64,000 nucleotides of DNA from Planctomycetota bacterium (GTDB taxonomy: Bacteria; Planctomycetota; MHYJ01; WSZJ01). Below, piece after piece: positions 9,480-18,998 of this stretch. Below the pieces are notes generated by a model, which was given only the letters and a program-made list of their open reading frames with translations, did not search any database and was not told where the DNA came from. Every line of letters begins with the position of its first letter. Positions within the stretch are counted from its first letter, which is position 1. The stretch lies in contig JBBTCT010000031.1 in assembly GCA_038060895.1 (NCBI GenBank), positions 116,496 to 180,495 on the forward strand. The letters are read 5' to 3'. The position numbers were made by a program, and so were the translations under genes.

Positions 9480-10694
9480 ATGTCCCCGCGTCGTCGCCTC
9501 TGGCTGCGACGGAGCATCCTCTTCGGCGTGATTCCTTTCGCGGTCCTGGCCGGCCTCACAAAGTGGGCAATCGCGCCATGGTTCGTGCGCCGCCACATCT
9601 CGAAGTGGTTCGCCGAGCGGTCGTATGCGCGCCTCGAAATCGAAACGGCGAGCGTCGGCATCCACGAGATCCGCCTCTACGGGGTCTCCCTGACCGACCG
9701 CGCCGGACGCGTCCATGGCACCGCGGACAAGGTCATCGTCCAGCTCGACCGGCCGATCGCCGGCGCCGGCAAGCCTGCCCTCGAATCGATTCGCATCGTC
9801 CGTCCCGATGTCACCGTCACCCTCGATCCCGACGGGCAACTGGACATCCAGAAGCTCCTCAAGCGTCCGCCGGAGGCTCCGCCCCGATCCAGGAAGCCGA
9901 TGCGCCTTCCGCCGACGTTTGACATCGAGGGAGGGCTCCTCCGCTTCAATGCTCCCTACCTCGGCGCGATTTTTGGCCCCATCGACGCCCCGATTCATGT
10001 CCTCCCGCACCGTTACGAATGGAAGGCCGTGGAAGCGAAGGCGCTGGGCGGTCGCGCGTCGTTGTCGGGTTTCATCGGCCGCGAGGGGGAAAAGGGCTGG
10101 TCGGTCCAGATCAACGTGGAGAACGCCAACGTCCGTGAGATGTCGAAGGGCACAAAGCTCGAGGCGAGAAGGCTGGAGGGGAGTCTCAACGGATTCCTGA
10201 CTCTCGCGCGTAACGGCGACCCGGACCAGGCTACGACCGGCGCGGGGTGGATCGATGTCGACGAGGGAAAACTCCTCGAGCTGCCCGTGCTTCTCTCGGT
10301 CTTCAATGTCCTGCGCCTCGGTCTCCCCGGCGACACCGTCGTCAATGCCTGCCGCACCGACTTCCGCGTGCTCGAAGACCGGCTCCATTTCGATCGGTTC
10401 TTCATCCTGACCGCGGGCATCTGCCTTTTCGGTGACGGCGAGATCTTCCTCGCCGGTCACGGACTCGACCTGAATTTCATGCCGCGCCTGATCGGCGAAC
10501 TCCCGGTCGGAATCGAGGACGTGCGTGAAGCCATCAACCCGGCCACCGATTTATTCTCGAAGAACCTCCTGATCGCCGTCGTCGTGAAGGGGACCTGGAC
10601 CGAGCCGGTCCCGCTGCCGCTTCCGGTCCCCGTGGCCGCAAAGCCGTTCGCGGACCTGCTGGAGTGGGTCCTGGAAGAGGTGAATGAGGAGTGA
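9480..10694 (+). CDS. AsmA-like membrane-anchored protein
   Basis: N-terminal TM, IVRPDVTVTLDPDGQLDI and C-terminal VVVKGTWTEP; GGAGG before the ATG at 9480. Confidence 0.7.
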   Translation: MSPRRRLWLRRSILFGVIPFAVLAGLTKWAIAPWFVRRHISKWFAERSYARLEIETASVGIHEIRLYGVSLTDRAGRVHGTADKVIVQLDRPIAGAGKPALESIRIVRPDVTVTLDPDGQLDIQKLLKRPPEAPPRSRKPMRLPPTFDIEGGLLRFNAPYLGAIFGPIDAPIHVLPHRYEWKAVEAKALGGRASLSGFIGREGEKGWSVQINVENANVREMSKGTKLEARRLEGSLNGFLTLARNGDPDQATTGAGWIDVDEGKLLELPVLLSVFNVLRLGLPGDTVVNACRTDFRVLEDRLHFDRFFILTAGICLFGDGEIFLAGHGLDLNFMPRLIGELPVGIEDVREAINPATDLFSKNLLIAVVVKGTWTEPVPLPLPVPVAAKPFADLLEWVLEEVNEE

Positions 10695-10756
10695 GGGTGC
10701 GGCGGGATTGACGCCGCCCGGATCCGGACGAATCAGCGAAATTGAAGGAGGTGTTC

Positions 10757-10945
10757 ATGCCCGAAGAACCGAAGAGTGACGACGTGCGCGAGCGGGCCCG
10801 CGAGCTGTTCGCGGACTGGCGGACGTGGGTGAGTGAAGGGCTGACCCAGGTCGAGACGTTCACGAAGGAAAAACCCGCAGCGGGCCTGGCTCTTTCCTTC
10901 CTTGCGGGATTCCTGATTTCGTTCGTGTTCAGGAGGAAATCATGA
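10757..10945 (+). CDS. Small DUF883/ElaB-like tail-anchored protein
   Basis: VETFTKEKPAAGLALSFLAGFLISFVFRRK; strong SD AAGGAGG. Confidence 0.7.
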   Translation: MPEEPKSDDVRERARELFADWRTWVSEGLTQVETFTKEKPAAGLALSFLAGFLISFVFRRKS

Positions 10946-11241
10946 AGTCCCAATTCGAAGGACTCCTGGACCGTACCCTGCAACTCGCCCAGAGTTTTCT
11001 CGGCGATGTCGTGGCGGGATCGCTGGAAAAGGCGAAGTGCACGCTGATGCGGAATGCGATGTCGCTCGCGGTCGGGGCGGCCGGCCTGGTGCTCGCGCTC
11101 GTCTTCGGCGCCATCGGGTTCAACCGCTGGCTGGAGACGATCATCGATATGAACCATCGCTGGACGCCGCCCGTGGTCGTCGCGATCGTCTGCGGGGTCA
11201 TCGGCTTCGCGGCGCTTCGGTGTTCACGCGGGCGCGAATAG
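10942..11241 (+). CDS. Small two-TM membrane protein (YqjE/holin-like)
   Basis: Two hydrophobic helices; coupled to the DUF883-like gene. Confidence 0.55.
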   Translation: MKSQFEGLLDRTLQLAQSFLGDVVAGSLEKAKCTLMRNAMSLAVGAAGLVLALVFGAIGFNRWLETIIDMNHRWTPPVVVAIVCGVIGFAALRCSRGRE

Positions 11242-11304
11242 CGCTGACCGTTCGGGCAGTGAAAGCGGAGCCGTCCCGGACCTGCTCGCAACCCGCCGTC
11301 GTAA

Positions 11305-11517
11305 ATGCTCGACGGCGGATACCGCCCGGCTTTCAACGTCAAGGCCCGTGAGATCTACAAGCTCCGTGCGGCAACGGCCGAAACGGTCAACGCAGACCTC
11401 AAGTGTTTCAGGGGCCTCGACAGATTCCTCGGGCGAACGCTTCCGAAGGTTACCTGTGTGGCTCGCTGGTCCGTCATCGCCTACGACCTCCTGCGACACC
11501 TCAGACTGACCACGTGA
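11305..11517 (+). pseudogene. C-terminal remnant of an IS1182-like DDE transposase
   Basis: REIYKLRAATAETVNADLK...RGL...KVTCVARWSVIAYDLLR matches the YxxRxxxxE...AYNL C-terminus; the rest of the gene is absent. Confidence 0.75.
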
Positions 11518-11912
11518 TCGCTGGCCCTGTTTCAGCAGGCCGTTTTCCCGGAGCGCGTGAAACAAGCGGGCGACGGCGCGCGGTCGGGGCTCGCGGCCGG
11601 CGTCGAGCCTTACCGACGCCGGTCGTGAGGTCCGACCGCCGACGGCGCTCGATTGTCTCTCGCGCTCCCAATGGACAAAAGCGTTTGCAGAAAAGTCGGT
11701 TTCCTCTGAGCGCGAAAAAAATCCTCGTGGGCCGGGCGAAGTCGGCCCTGGAACCGAGAACGCCTCCGCAACCGTCACAAGTCCGACGTAGCCTGGCCCG
11801 CGAGGGTTTGTTTCGCGCTCAGAGTGGATGAGGTTTTTTCATTTCGCGCGTGCGCAATCCTTGTCGAAGTGGGACTCTGGCGTCGGCTCGGCCCAGGCAC
11901 GGACCCGGTGAC

Positions 11913-12602
11913 ATGCCCTCCTTCACTCAGCGCTCCCGAAAACTCGAACGGATTGACTTCCCGCAACCTCAACACCTGTGGGACGACGCCCTCGTCTTCA
12001 TCCGGCGGGTCAATCGCTTTCTCGGCGGCACGCGCGCCGTGCTCTGGCACTTCCGGCGGTGGAGCCGGTCGTGGAAGCCGGGCGAGCGGATCGTGGTTCT
12101 CGACGTCGGCACGGGCGGGGGGGACATTCCTCATGCGCTGGCGAAGTGGGGACGAAGCGCCGGATTCGATTTGAGGATTGTCGCGCTCGACCGGGCGGCG
12201 GAGTGCGTGCGAGCCGCCAAGCTCGGGACGGGTGGCGTGGTCGATATCGTGCGAGGCGACGCGTTCCGGATGCCCGTTCGAGAGGTCGACTATGTGACGG
12301 CGTCGATGCTGTTCCACCACCTTGGCGACGAAGACTGCCTCCGCCTCCTGAGAATCTTCGGCTCCCTTGCGCGCCGCGGAATCGTCGTCAACGACCTCCT
12401 CCGCAGGCGCCGCGCCTGGCTCTGGGCCCGCGCACTGAGCTCGGTCTACGGCGAACTCGCCGCGAACGACGCTCCCCTCTCCGTGCTCCGGGGATTCTCC
12501 CTTCCGGAAGCGCAGTCGCTCGCCGATGCCTCCGGCCTGACCTGGCTGCGCCTCGACGAGTTCTTCGGCCACAGGTTTACGCTCGCAGGAGAACGCCCAT
12601 GA
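11913..12602 (+). CDS. SAM-dependent methyltransferase (type III PKS-associated type)
   Basis: VLDVGTGGGDIP, SMLFHHL, VVNDLLR and DAPLSVLRGFS. Confidence 0.85.
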   Translation: MPSFTQRSRKLERIDFPQPQHLWDDALVFIRRVNRFLGGTRAVLWHFRRWSRSWKPGERIVVLDVGTGGGDIPHALAKWGRSAGFDLRIVALDRAAECVRAAKLGTGGVVDIVRGDAFRMPVREVDYVTASMLFHHLGDEDCLRLLRIFGSLARRGIVVNDLLRRRRAWLWARALSSVYGELAANDAPLSVLRGFSLPEAQSLADASGLTWLRLDEFFGHRFTLAGERP

Positions 12603-13615
12603 GAATCGCCGTCGTGGGCGGAGGGCCGGCAGGAAGCGCCGCCGCAACGCTGCTGGCGAAGCGCGACCATCGGGTGACGTTGTACGAGCGGTACGAGCGG
12701 CCCCGGGAGAGGGTCTGCGGCGAATTCATCTCGGCCGAGGCCCTTCCCGTCCTCGATGCCATGGGTGTAGGCCCCTGCGGCTGGCCGATCCGGACGGCGC
12801 GGGTTTACGGAAAGGGCGGCCGGGAGCTGGAGGCGCCGCTTCCGCGCCCGGGATCGTTCGGGATGGAACGTGCGGAGCTGGATCCGATGTTGCGCGCGGC
12901 GTCGGTGCGTGCCGGCGTGGAGCTGCGCGTGCAGGAAGTCCAGGCGATCTGCGCTGGAGCGGTGGATGGTGAAGCATTTGATTCGGTCATTGACGCAACA
13001 GGCCGGTTTCCGTTGTCGCGTGGCGCGGGGGCGCGGCTGGCAGGCTTCGGGTACCGCGCCGCATTCGACGGCGGCGTTCCCGCGGACCGCGTCGAGCTGC
13101 ATCTATTCCCGGGAGGCTACGCGGGGCTGTCCGGTGTCGGGCACGGCCGGGCAAACGTCTGCATGCTGGCCCCGCGAGACCTTGCGAAGAAGCACGGCGG
13201 AGATCTTGACGCAACGTTCGAAGCGGTGCGGGCGTCTTCGGTTTCTCTGCGGGACCATCTCGGAAGCGCGCCCCGCGTATCGGCGTGGGTATCGACGGGA
13301 TTCCCCCGTACGCGCTTCGCGGGCTGCCACCGGGACGGAATCTGGTACGTGGGTGACTCGGCGGGCACGGTGGCGCCGCTGGGGGGCGAGGGAATCGCGA
13401 TGGCTTTGCGGGGAGGCGCGATCCTGGCGGCCATGTTCGAGCGCGGACCTGTTGCTTACGAGAGGGCCTGGAGAGCCGAGTTCGGGGCGCGGATGAGATG
13501 GTGCCGGGCGCTCTCGGCGCTGGCGGTCAGGCCACGGGCCGCGGCGATGGGGCTTGCGGTCCTGGGGCGGTTTCCCGGGTTGTTTCGCCGGGTCGTGGCG
13601 GCGACTCGCGGGTGA
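12599..13615 (+). CDS. FAD-dependent oxidoreductase (geranylgeranyl reductase-like)
   Basis: IAVVGGGPAGS, RERVCGEFIS and GDSAGTVAPLGGEGIAMA. Confidence 0.88.
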   Translation: MRIAVVGGGPAGSAAATLLAKRDHRVTLYERYERPRERVCGEFISAEALPVLDAMGVGPCGWPIRTARVYGKGGRELEAPLPRPGSFGMERAELDPMLRAASVRAGVELRVQEVQAICAGAVDGEAFDSVIDATGRFPLSRGAGARLAGFGYRAAFDGGVPADRVELHLFPGGYAGLSGVGHGRANVCMLAPRDLAKKHGGDLDATFEAVRASSVSLRDHLGSAPRVSAWVSTGFPRTRFAGCHRDGIWYVGDSAGTVAPLGGEGIAMALRGGAILAAMFERGPVAYERAWRAEFGARMRWCRALSALAVRPRAAAMGLAVLGRFPGLFRRVVAATRG

Positions 13616-13669
13616 GGATGCGGGGGCCGTGCTCTACCTTTTCCACGGTTCCCCGACTACTCTCGTCAG

Positions 13670-15121
13670 ATGCCCATGGCGTTCTCCACCGTTCCACCCG
13701 CCATCCAGGTCACCGTCGCGATCCTCGCGGCGATCCAGGTTCTCCTCGTGGTCACCGCGACGGCGCACGCGCTGATGTGGCGGCGCGAACCTCGTGCCGC
13801 TGCGCTCTGGATTTCGATCTCGTTGCTGGCGCCGCTCGTCGGGCCGCTCCTTTACTTCGTGCTCGGAATCAACCGGACGTCGCGCCGGGCGAAGCGGAAG
13901 TTCACACACAAACGGGCCATGGATCGCCGCGGCGCTCCCGACGTGGCCGAACGCGCGCCCTCGGTCGGCGATCTCGAACCCCTGGCACGGCTTGCGGACC
14001 GCGTTTGCGTCGAACCCCTGGTCGCCGGGAACCGGATAGAACCGTTGTGGAATGGCGAAGAGGCCTTTCCCGCGATGCTCGAAGCGATTTCCGGCGCGAA
14101 GAAGAGCATCGCCCTCTGCTCTTACATCTTTGACTGCGATGAAACCGGCCATCAGTTCGCCGACGCACTGGCCGCCGCCGCCGCGCGCGGCGCCGAGGTC
14201 AAGCTCCTCGTCGATGCCGTCGGGGCAGGCAGCTCTGTTTCCAGCCTCGGCCAGTTGTTCCGGAAACGCCGGCTTCAGGTCCGCACATTCGCCCCCATGG
14301 GGTTTTCGCCGGCACGCCTGCTTCACTTCAATCTTCGGAATCACCGCAAGATCCTGGTTGCTGACGGCTCGATCGCCTTCAGCGGCGGCATGAATGTTTC
14401 CGCCCGCCACTTCTCCGGTTCCTCCAGGCCAGGCCGTTGCCGCGACCTGCACTTCCGCATACGCGGCTCCGTCGTCACCCAGGTCATGCGGGCGTTCGCC
14501 CAGGACTGGCAGTTTGCCTCCGGCGAATCTCTCGACGGCGACAAGTGGTTCCCTCCGCCTGCACCGGACGGCGCCACGATGGCACGCGGCATCACTTCGG
14601 GCCCGGACCAGGATCTCGAGACAATCTACTGGACGATCATTGGCGCCTGCTCGGCGGCGAAGAAATCGATACGGATCGTCACCCCGTACTTCATTCCGGA
14701 GCAGGGGCTCAAGCACGCCATCATGACCGCGGCGCTCCAGGGAATCGAAGTCAGGCTGGTGCTGCCGGAAGCAACGGACAATCGCGTGGTCAGCTGGGCG
14801 ACCCGTGCGTATCTCTGGGAGTTGATCCAGGCCGGCGTCACGGTCATCCAGACGCCGCCGCCATTCGACCATTCGAAGCTCGTCATTGTCGATGGTCGAT
14901 GGGTCCTATTTGGCTCCGCCAACCTCGACCCCCGGAGCCTGCGGCTGAACTTCGAGTACAACATGGAAGCGTACGATCCGGCGCTGTGCGCGACGCTGGA
15001 GTCGCACTTCGATGCGCTTGAGCAGCAGGGAACGAAGGTGACGCTGAAGGACGTGGACGGGAGGTCGATGCTGGTGCGTCTGAGAGACGGGGCTGCGAAA
15101 CTGTTTTCGCCCTACCTGTGA
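13670..15121 (+). CDS. cls: Cardiolipin synthase (PLD family)
   Basis: Two HKD motifs (NHRKILVADG, HSKLVIVDG), N-terminal TMs and GSANLDPRS. Confidence 0.92.
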   Translation: MPMAFSTVPPAIQVTVAILAAIQVLLVVTATAHALMWRREPRAAALWISISLLAPLVGPLLYFVLGINRTSRRAKRKFTHKRAMDRRGAPDVAERAPSVGDLEPLARLADRVCVEPLVAGNRIEPLWNGEEAFPAMLEAISGAKKSIALCSYIFDCDETGHQFADALAAAAARGAEVKLLVDAVGAGSSVSSLGQLFRKRRLQVRTFAPMGFSPARLLHFNLRNHRKILVADGSIAFSGGMNVSARHFSGSSRPGRCRDLHFRIRGSVVTQVMRAFAQDWQFASGESLDGDKWFPPPAPDGATMARGITSGPDQDLETIYWTIIGACSAAKKSIRIVTPYFIPEQGLKHAIMTAALQGIEVRLVLPEATDNRVVSWATRAYLWELIQAGVTVIQTPPPFDHSKLVIVDGRWVLFGSANLDPRSLRLNFEYNMEAYDPALCATLESHFDALEQQGTKVTLKDVDGRSMLVRLRDGAAKLFSPYL

Positions 15122-15136
15122 TCTTCCGCTCCGCGA

Positions 15137-16195
15137 TCAGACCATCGGAAGCTCGGCCAGCTTCCCCGCAGGTTCGAATCCCTTCAGCCCGTGCCGGTAC
15201 AGCTCGGAACGCCACGAGAGCATTCCCTCATCGTCCTCTTCGAGCCGGTGAACGATAAGGGTGTTCTGCGGGATCCCGTGCCTGACGTGCGTGCCGTCCG
15301 CGGGAACACAATCCCGCTGCGTCGTCGACCCGCAGCGCGCTTCCAGCACCTGCCCGTGAGCGCAGATCTGCAGGTGACCGCGGGCGCGGTGGACGTGTCC
15401 GCACAGGATCACGCGGAAGCCGTGCCTCGGGAGAAACAGGTCGAGCGCCGCGCGGCTTCGGCGCGCGATTCCCAGGTGGTACCGGTCGATGAACGGCGAG
15501 TGATGCATGAGGAGGACGCGGACTTCACCCGGCGCCCGGCGAGGCAGGAGGACGTCGAGCTCCGCGAGCTGCGAGAGGAAGAAGCCGCGGCCCCAGAATC
15601 GGGCGTTACTCCAGGGAGCGACGTCGGCGTCGGAGTCGATCGCCGCGATGGTCAGGAGGCGGTCGGCGCGAAGTGGGATTCGGCGAATCCAGGGGAGTCC
15701 TGAAAAGTGCTGTTGCAGCGCGCTGGAAGAGCGGCCGAAGACCCCTCCGGTGCCGGGCCAGTGGTCGTGATTCCCGGGAATTGAGAGGTCCAGCGCCTTC
15801 GGGTCGCGGAGCACTTCGGGGAGGATCGCGTGAGCTGCTGCAAACTGCCGGGGCGCACCCCACGACGTCAGGTCTCCCGAGTGGATCGTGATCGCGCCTT
15901 CAGTTTCGCGCAGCCGCGCCGCGAACTCAGCCAGGGCAAGCATCGCCGGCGTCGAGTGGCTGAGCACGCCGTGCCAGGCCCGCCCGCGGCGCCAGCGGGG
16001 CAGAAGCGAAGGGTCAATACGACCGCCGCCGGTGGGGCAGTCCCCTTCGGCGATATGAGTGTCGGAAATGTGGAGAAGCGTCAGGAGGCGTTTCGTGGCC
16101 ACAGGAGAGTGGGGTGCAACTGCCGTGCGAGCCCGACGCGCGCCGACTACCGTGCGGGATCCCATTATTCGGGATCCGCCGGAGCGCGATTTCAC
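15137..16195 (-). CDS. Metallophosphoesterase (calcineurin-like)
   Basis: HISDTH, SGDLT, PGNHD, MHHSP and CGHVH motifs; start uncertain. Confidence 0.85.
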   Translation of the reverse strand: MKSRSGGSRIMGSRTVVGARRARTAVAPHSPVATKRLLTLLHISDTHIAEGDCPTGGGRIDPSLLPRWRRGRAWHGVLSHSTPAMLALAEFAARLRETEGAITIHSGDLTSWGAPRQFAAAHAILPEVLRDPKALDLSIPGNHDHWPGTGGVFGRSSSALQQHFSGLPWIRRIPLRADRLLTIAAIDSDADVAPWSNARFWGRGFFLSQLAELDVLLPRRAPGEVRVLLMHHSPFIDRYHLGIARRSRAALDLFLPRHGFRVILCGHVHRARGHLQICAHGQVLEARCGSTTQRDCVPADGTHVRHGIPQNTLIVHRLEEDDEGMLSWRSELYRHGLKGFEPAGKLAELPMV

Positions 16196-16208
16196 TCAAG
16201 CAGGGAAG

Positions 16209-16322
16209 ATGCTCCGAATTCTACTGACAGGAATGCTGGCGATCGGGGTGGCCGGCTGCCATCACGGCAGCGGCAGCGGCACCTTCGGGGCACCCCCGCA
16301 GATCTTCTCGTCGTCCCCTCAA
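16209..16322 (+). pseudogene. Probable 5' fragment of a lipoprotein gene
   Basis: MLRILLTGMLAIGVAGC lipoprotein signal, after which the frame runs into the antisense of the flavodoxin remnant. Confidence 0.4.
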
Positions 16323-16780
16323 AGCGCGGCGCTGGCGCGCCACTTTCCATCGGCCGGGCGGGGCTCTTCCCTTCCGGTTTACAAATCGCGCGAACGCGTC
16401 GGTCCATGCGTCGAATTTCGCGAGGACCTTTGAATCCCGCGCGAGGTGCTCCGCCTGGTTGTCGCTGTACTTCCGGCCTCTTCCGAACTCGACGTACTTC
16501 CACAACCGGCTCGGGACCTCAATGCCCCCGTAGCGGCACTGCCAGACGAGGGGCGCATAGGCGTCGCGCATGTCCTGGAAAGGCTCGTTTTCGGGATTGA
16601 ACCACGACTTGTGACGCAGCATGGTCGGCCGGCCGGCTTCGTCGATCTCATCGCCGCCGCCGTCGCCCTAGCAGAAAAACCCGGCGGTCCGGCCCTCGAG
16701 TCGAGTCCCGAGAAATTGAGACGACGGCGATTGGAGCCAGCCACCACGAGAATGCGAAGCGGACGACGGGACGCCAATCC
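16322..16780 (-). pseudogene. Internally deleted flavodoxin-family/NAD(P)H-dependent FMN reductase
   Basis: N-terminal RILVVAGSNRRRLNFSGLDSR and C-terminal DMRDAYAPLVWQCRYGGIEVP...YSDNQAE lie in different frames only about 60-100 bp apart. Confidence 0.6.
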
Positions 16781-17043
16781 TGCCGATTTCGGGAGCGCTG
16801 TTTCATCACCGACAAGTCCGCAAAGCACGTGCCCCGCCTCATCGCACAGGCGAGAGCACGTGGGCAAGATTTGCCGACCCGGTAGATTGTTCCGCCTTCT
16901 CCCGGGTGGCGGCCGGCGCCTTCTCTCTGAAGTGCGGACGGCACAGTGGTTGCGATGCACGCAGGCCAGCGGATGCGCACGACGCGGAACCGCAAATCCC
17001 CGCCCTGGTGGCGACGGAATCTACTCTCGACAGAGGAGGTCAC

Positions 17044-17340
17044 ATGTCTCAGGACAACTACGCAGATCAGCTTCGCCAGAAGGGGTCGCACATCGCCACG
17101 GACATCGCCGGGATCGGTTCCGTCCTGAAGGAGGCTGCGTCGGAAAAGCTGCACTCCATCAAGGACTCGGCCTCGGAGAAGCTGACGGCTCTCAAGGACG
17201 GAGCTTCGAGCCGGATCGTGCACACGCGTGACGCGGTCAACGAAGCCGTCACCGGGTCGCCATGGAAGTCGGCGTTCGTGGCCGCCGGTGTTGGAGCTGG
17301 ATTGGGGCTCCTCGCAGGGCTGTTCCTCCGCCGCAAGTAG
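17044..17340 (+). CDS. DUF883/ElaB/YqjD family protein
   Basis: Helical repeats and C-terminal SPWKSAFVAAGVGAGLGLLAGLFLRRK; SD GAGGAGG. Confidence 0.8.
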   Translation: MSQDNYADQLRQKGSHIATDIAGIGSVLKEAASEKLHSIKDSASEKLTALKDGASSRIVHTRDAVNEAVTGSPWKSAFVAAGVGAGLGLLAGLFLRRK

Positions 17341-17349
17341 CGCGGAGGC

Positions 17350-17566
17350 TGTAAACCACTCGCACGGCGGTTGCCTGTCGGGAATCGCCGTCGGGTTCGT
17401 CGGAGCCCTTCTGGGCACCTGGATCGCACGAGCTTTCGGACTCCCCGAGATTTTCATGCTGACCATCGGTGGAGTCGCCATGCCGATCGTCTGGTCCATC
17501 ATCGGGGCGACTTTGTTCGTCGCCTTGGTCAGCATGCTGGCCGGCCCAAGAAGGCGAACGGCCTGA
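17350..17566 (+). pseudogene. GlsB/YeaQ/YmgE (transglycosylase-associated) protein, apparently 5'-truncated
   Basis: SHGGCLSGIAVGFVGALLGTWIAR...PIVWSIIGATLFVAL; first TM helix and a plausible start codon are missing. Confidence 0.6.
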
Positions 17567-17580
17567 CTAAGGAGACCCAC

Positions 17581-17730
17581 ATGCTCGAAACAATCATCGT
17601 CCTGCTCATCCTTCTGTGGGCAATCGGGATGCTGAGCTCGTACACGCTCGGAGGCGTCCTCCATCTGCTTCTCCTCGTTGCGCTCATCGTCGTCCTCGTC
17701 CGAGTCTTCAGTGGCCGCCGCGTCGTCTAG
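17581..17730 (+). CDS. lmo0937-family small membrane protein
   Basis: MLETIIVLLILLWAIGMLSSYTLGGVLHLLLLVALIVVLVRVFSGRR; SD AAGGAG. Confidence 0.85.
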   Translation: MLETIIVLLILLWAIGMLSSYTLGGVLHLLLLVALIVVLVRVFSGRRVV

Positions 17731-17806
17731 GGCGACCGCGATCGCCGACCGCGCCGTCCTTCGTACCTTGATATGCTTCCTCCAGGCTTCTTAGGGGAGA
17801 ATCAAG

Positions 17807-18577
17807 GTGAAGAGAGCATTGCTTGCCATGCTGGCGCTCGCCGGCGCGGCCGCCGCCCACCCACACGAGCCCTTCGTCCAGAGAGGGATGTTCGAGGGGT
17901 ACGACGTCGAGGCGCTGAAAGCGGGCGAGTGGGTCGAGTACGAAGAAGAAGTCATGGAAGAGCCGTCGCGATGCCGCATGGCGTGCATCGCCGTGAAGGA
18001 CGGCACGGCCTGGATCGAATTCACCGGCGGCGAGAAGTTGGCTCGGTGGAGCGGATCGGTCCTGCGGTTGGCAGTGGACCGGAAGTCCCGCCAGGTCACG
18101 GAAGCCGTTTGGGGATGGCCCGGAGAGAAGGTCCGGGAAGTGGCTGTCTATCCCCTGCGCGAGCCAGCGCCGAAGCCCGAGCCAGATGCCGCGCCGAAGA
18201 AGGACGAGACTCCGCCGGCCGCGCCGGAAGAGCCTCCGCGCAAGGGGAAGGCGGTCGTGGAGGCGGAAGAGGCCGCGGTCGGCGACAAGAAGGTCGCGTG
18301 CGAGAAGCTCTCGCTGGACTACACGACCGCCTATCCCACTGGAGAGGCGCGGTTCATCAGCCGGACCTGGACCTCCGCTTCCGTTCCGTTCCGCTTCAGC
18401 CAGAAGGTGGAACACCTGTCGGCCCTTGACTGGAAAGGCAAGCCGTCGTGGCCCGGCGGGCTGGTGAAGCGGGAAATCGAGAACGCCGCCACGGGGAAGG
18501 TGCAGAAGCTGGAGCTCACGGCGTGGGGGACCGACGCGCGCGAGACGCTCAAGGCGGGGGCGGAGCCGGCGAAATAG
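17807..18577 (+). CDS. Hypothetical exported protein
   Basis: Signal peptide MKRALLAMLALAGAAAA; GEWVEY and VPF...GGLVK motifs. Confidence 0.7.
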   Translation: MKRALLAMLALAGAAAAHPHEPFVQRGMFEGYDVEALKAGEWVEYEEEVMEEPSRCRMACIAVKDGTAWIEFTGGEKLARWSGSVLRLAVDRKSRQVTEAVWGWPGEKVREVAVYPLREPAPKPEPDAAPKKDETPPAAPEEPPRKGKAVVEAEEAAVGDKKVACEKLSLDYTTAYPTGEARFISRTWTSASVPFRFSQKVEHLSALDWKGKPSWPGGLVKREIENAATGKVQKLELTAWGTDARETLKAGAEPAK

Positions 18578-18640
18578 GACAGTGCGCCGGGTCAGCGGGG
18601 AGCGGGAGTCGCGCCTTCCTCGTTGTGTGGGTCCCGGCGT

Positions 18641-18919
18641 TCACTTGAGGAACGAGCGCACGACCGCCACCAGTCCCTCGATCGCGTCGCGCTCCGCGGC
18701 CGTCGGCGACCGGCGCTGGTCGATGATGTGCTGCCGAACGTGCCCTTCGAGAACTTCCGCCATGAGGCCCGTGACGGCGCCGCGGCACGCCGCGATCGTC
18801 TGGAGGATGCGGTAGCAATCGTGCGCGTGCGTCCCGAGCTCGCGCTCGATGCCGTCGATCTGGCCCCGGATGCGCCGGATGCGGTTGAGGAGTTTCAGGC
18901 GGTCGCGACTCGTGTGCAT
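18641..18919 (-). CDS. rcnR: CsoR/RcnR/FrmR family metal-sensing repressor
   Basis: MH...KLLNRIRRIRGQIDGIER...C..ILQTIAACRGAVTGLMAEVLEGHVRQH; divergent from rcnA. Confidence 0.88.
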   Translation of the reverse strand: MHTSRDRLKLLNRIRRIRGQIDGIERELGTHAHDCYRILQTIAACRGAVTGLMAEVLEGHVRQHIIDQRRSPTAAERDAIEGLVAVVRSFLK

Positions 18920-18960
18920 GGACGCTCCGATACCTGTTGTGCGGGAAGGTGCGGATACTA

Positions 18961-18975
18961 TACTCACCTATAGTA
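18961..18975. promoter_or_regulatory. RcnR-type operator TACT-N7-AGTA
   Basis: TACTCACCTATAGTA between the divergent rcnR and rcnA starts; same geometry as the known RcnR site TACT-G6-N-AGTA. Confidence 0.75.
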
Positions 18976-18998
18976 CAAACCGGAAGGCGCAAATCCGA

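Noticed and set aside
11770-11785. IS1182 right inverted repeat (CCGTCACAAGTCC)
   Set aside because: Plausible, but no matching left end or target duplication was found
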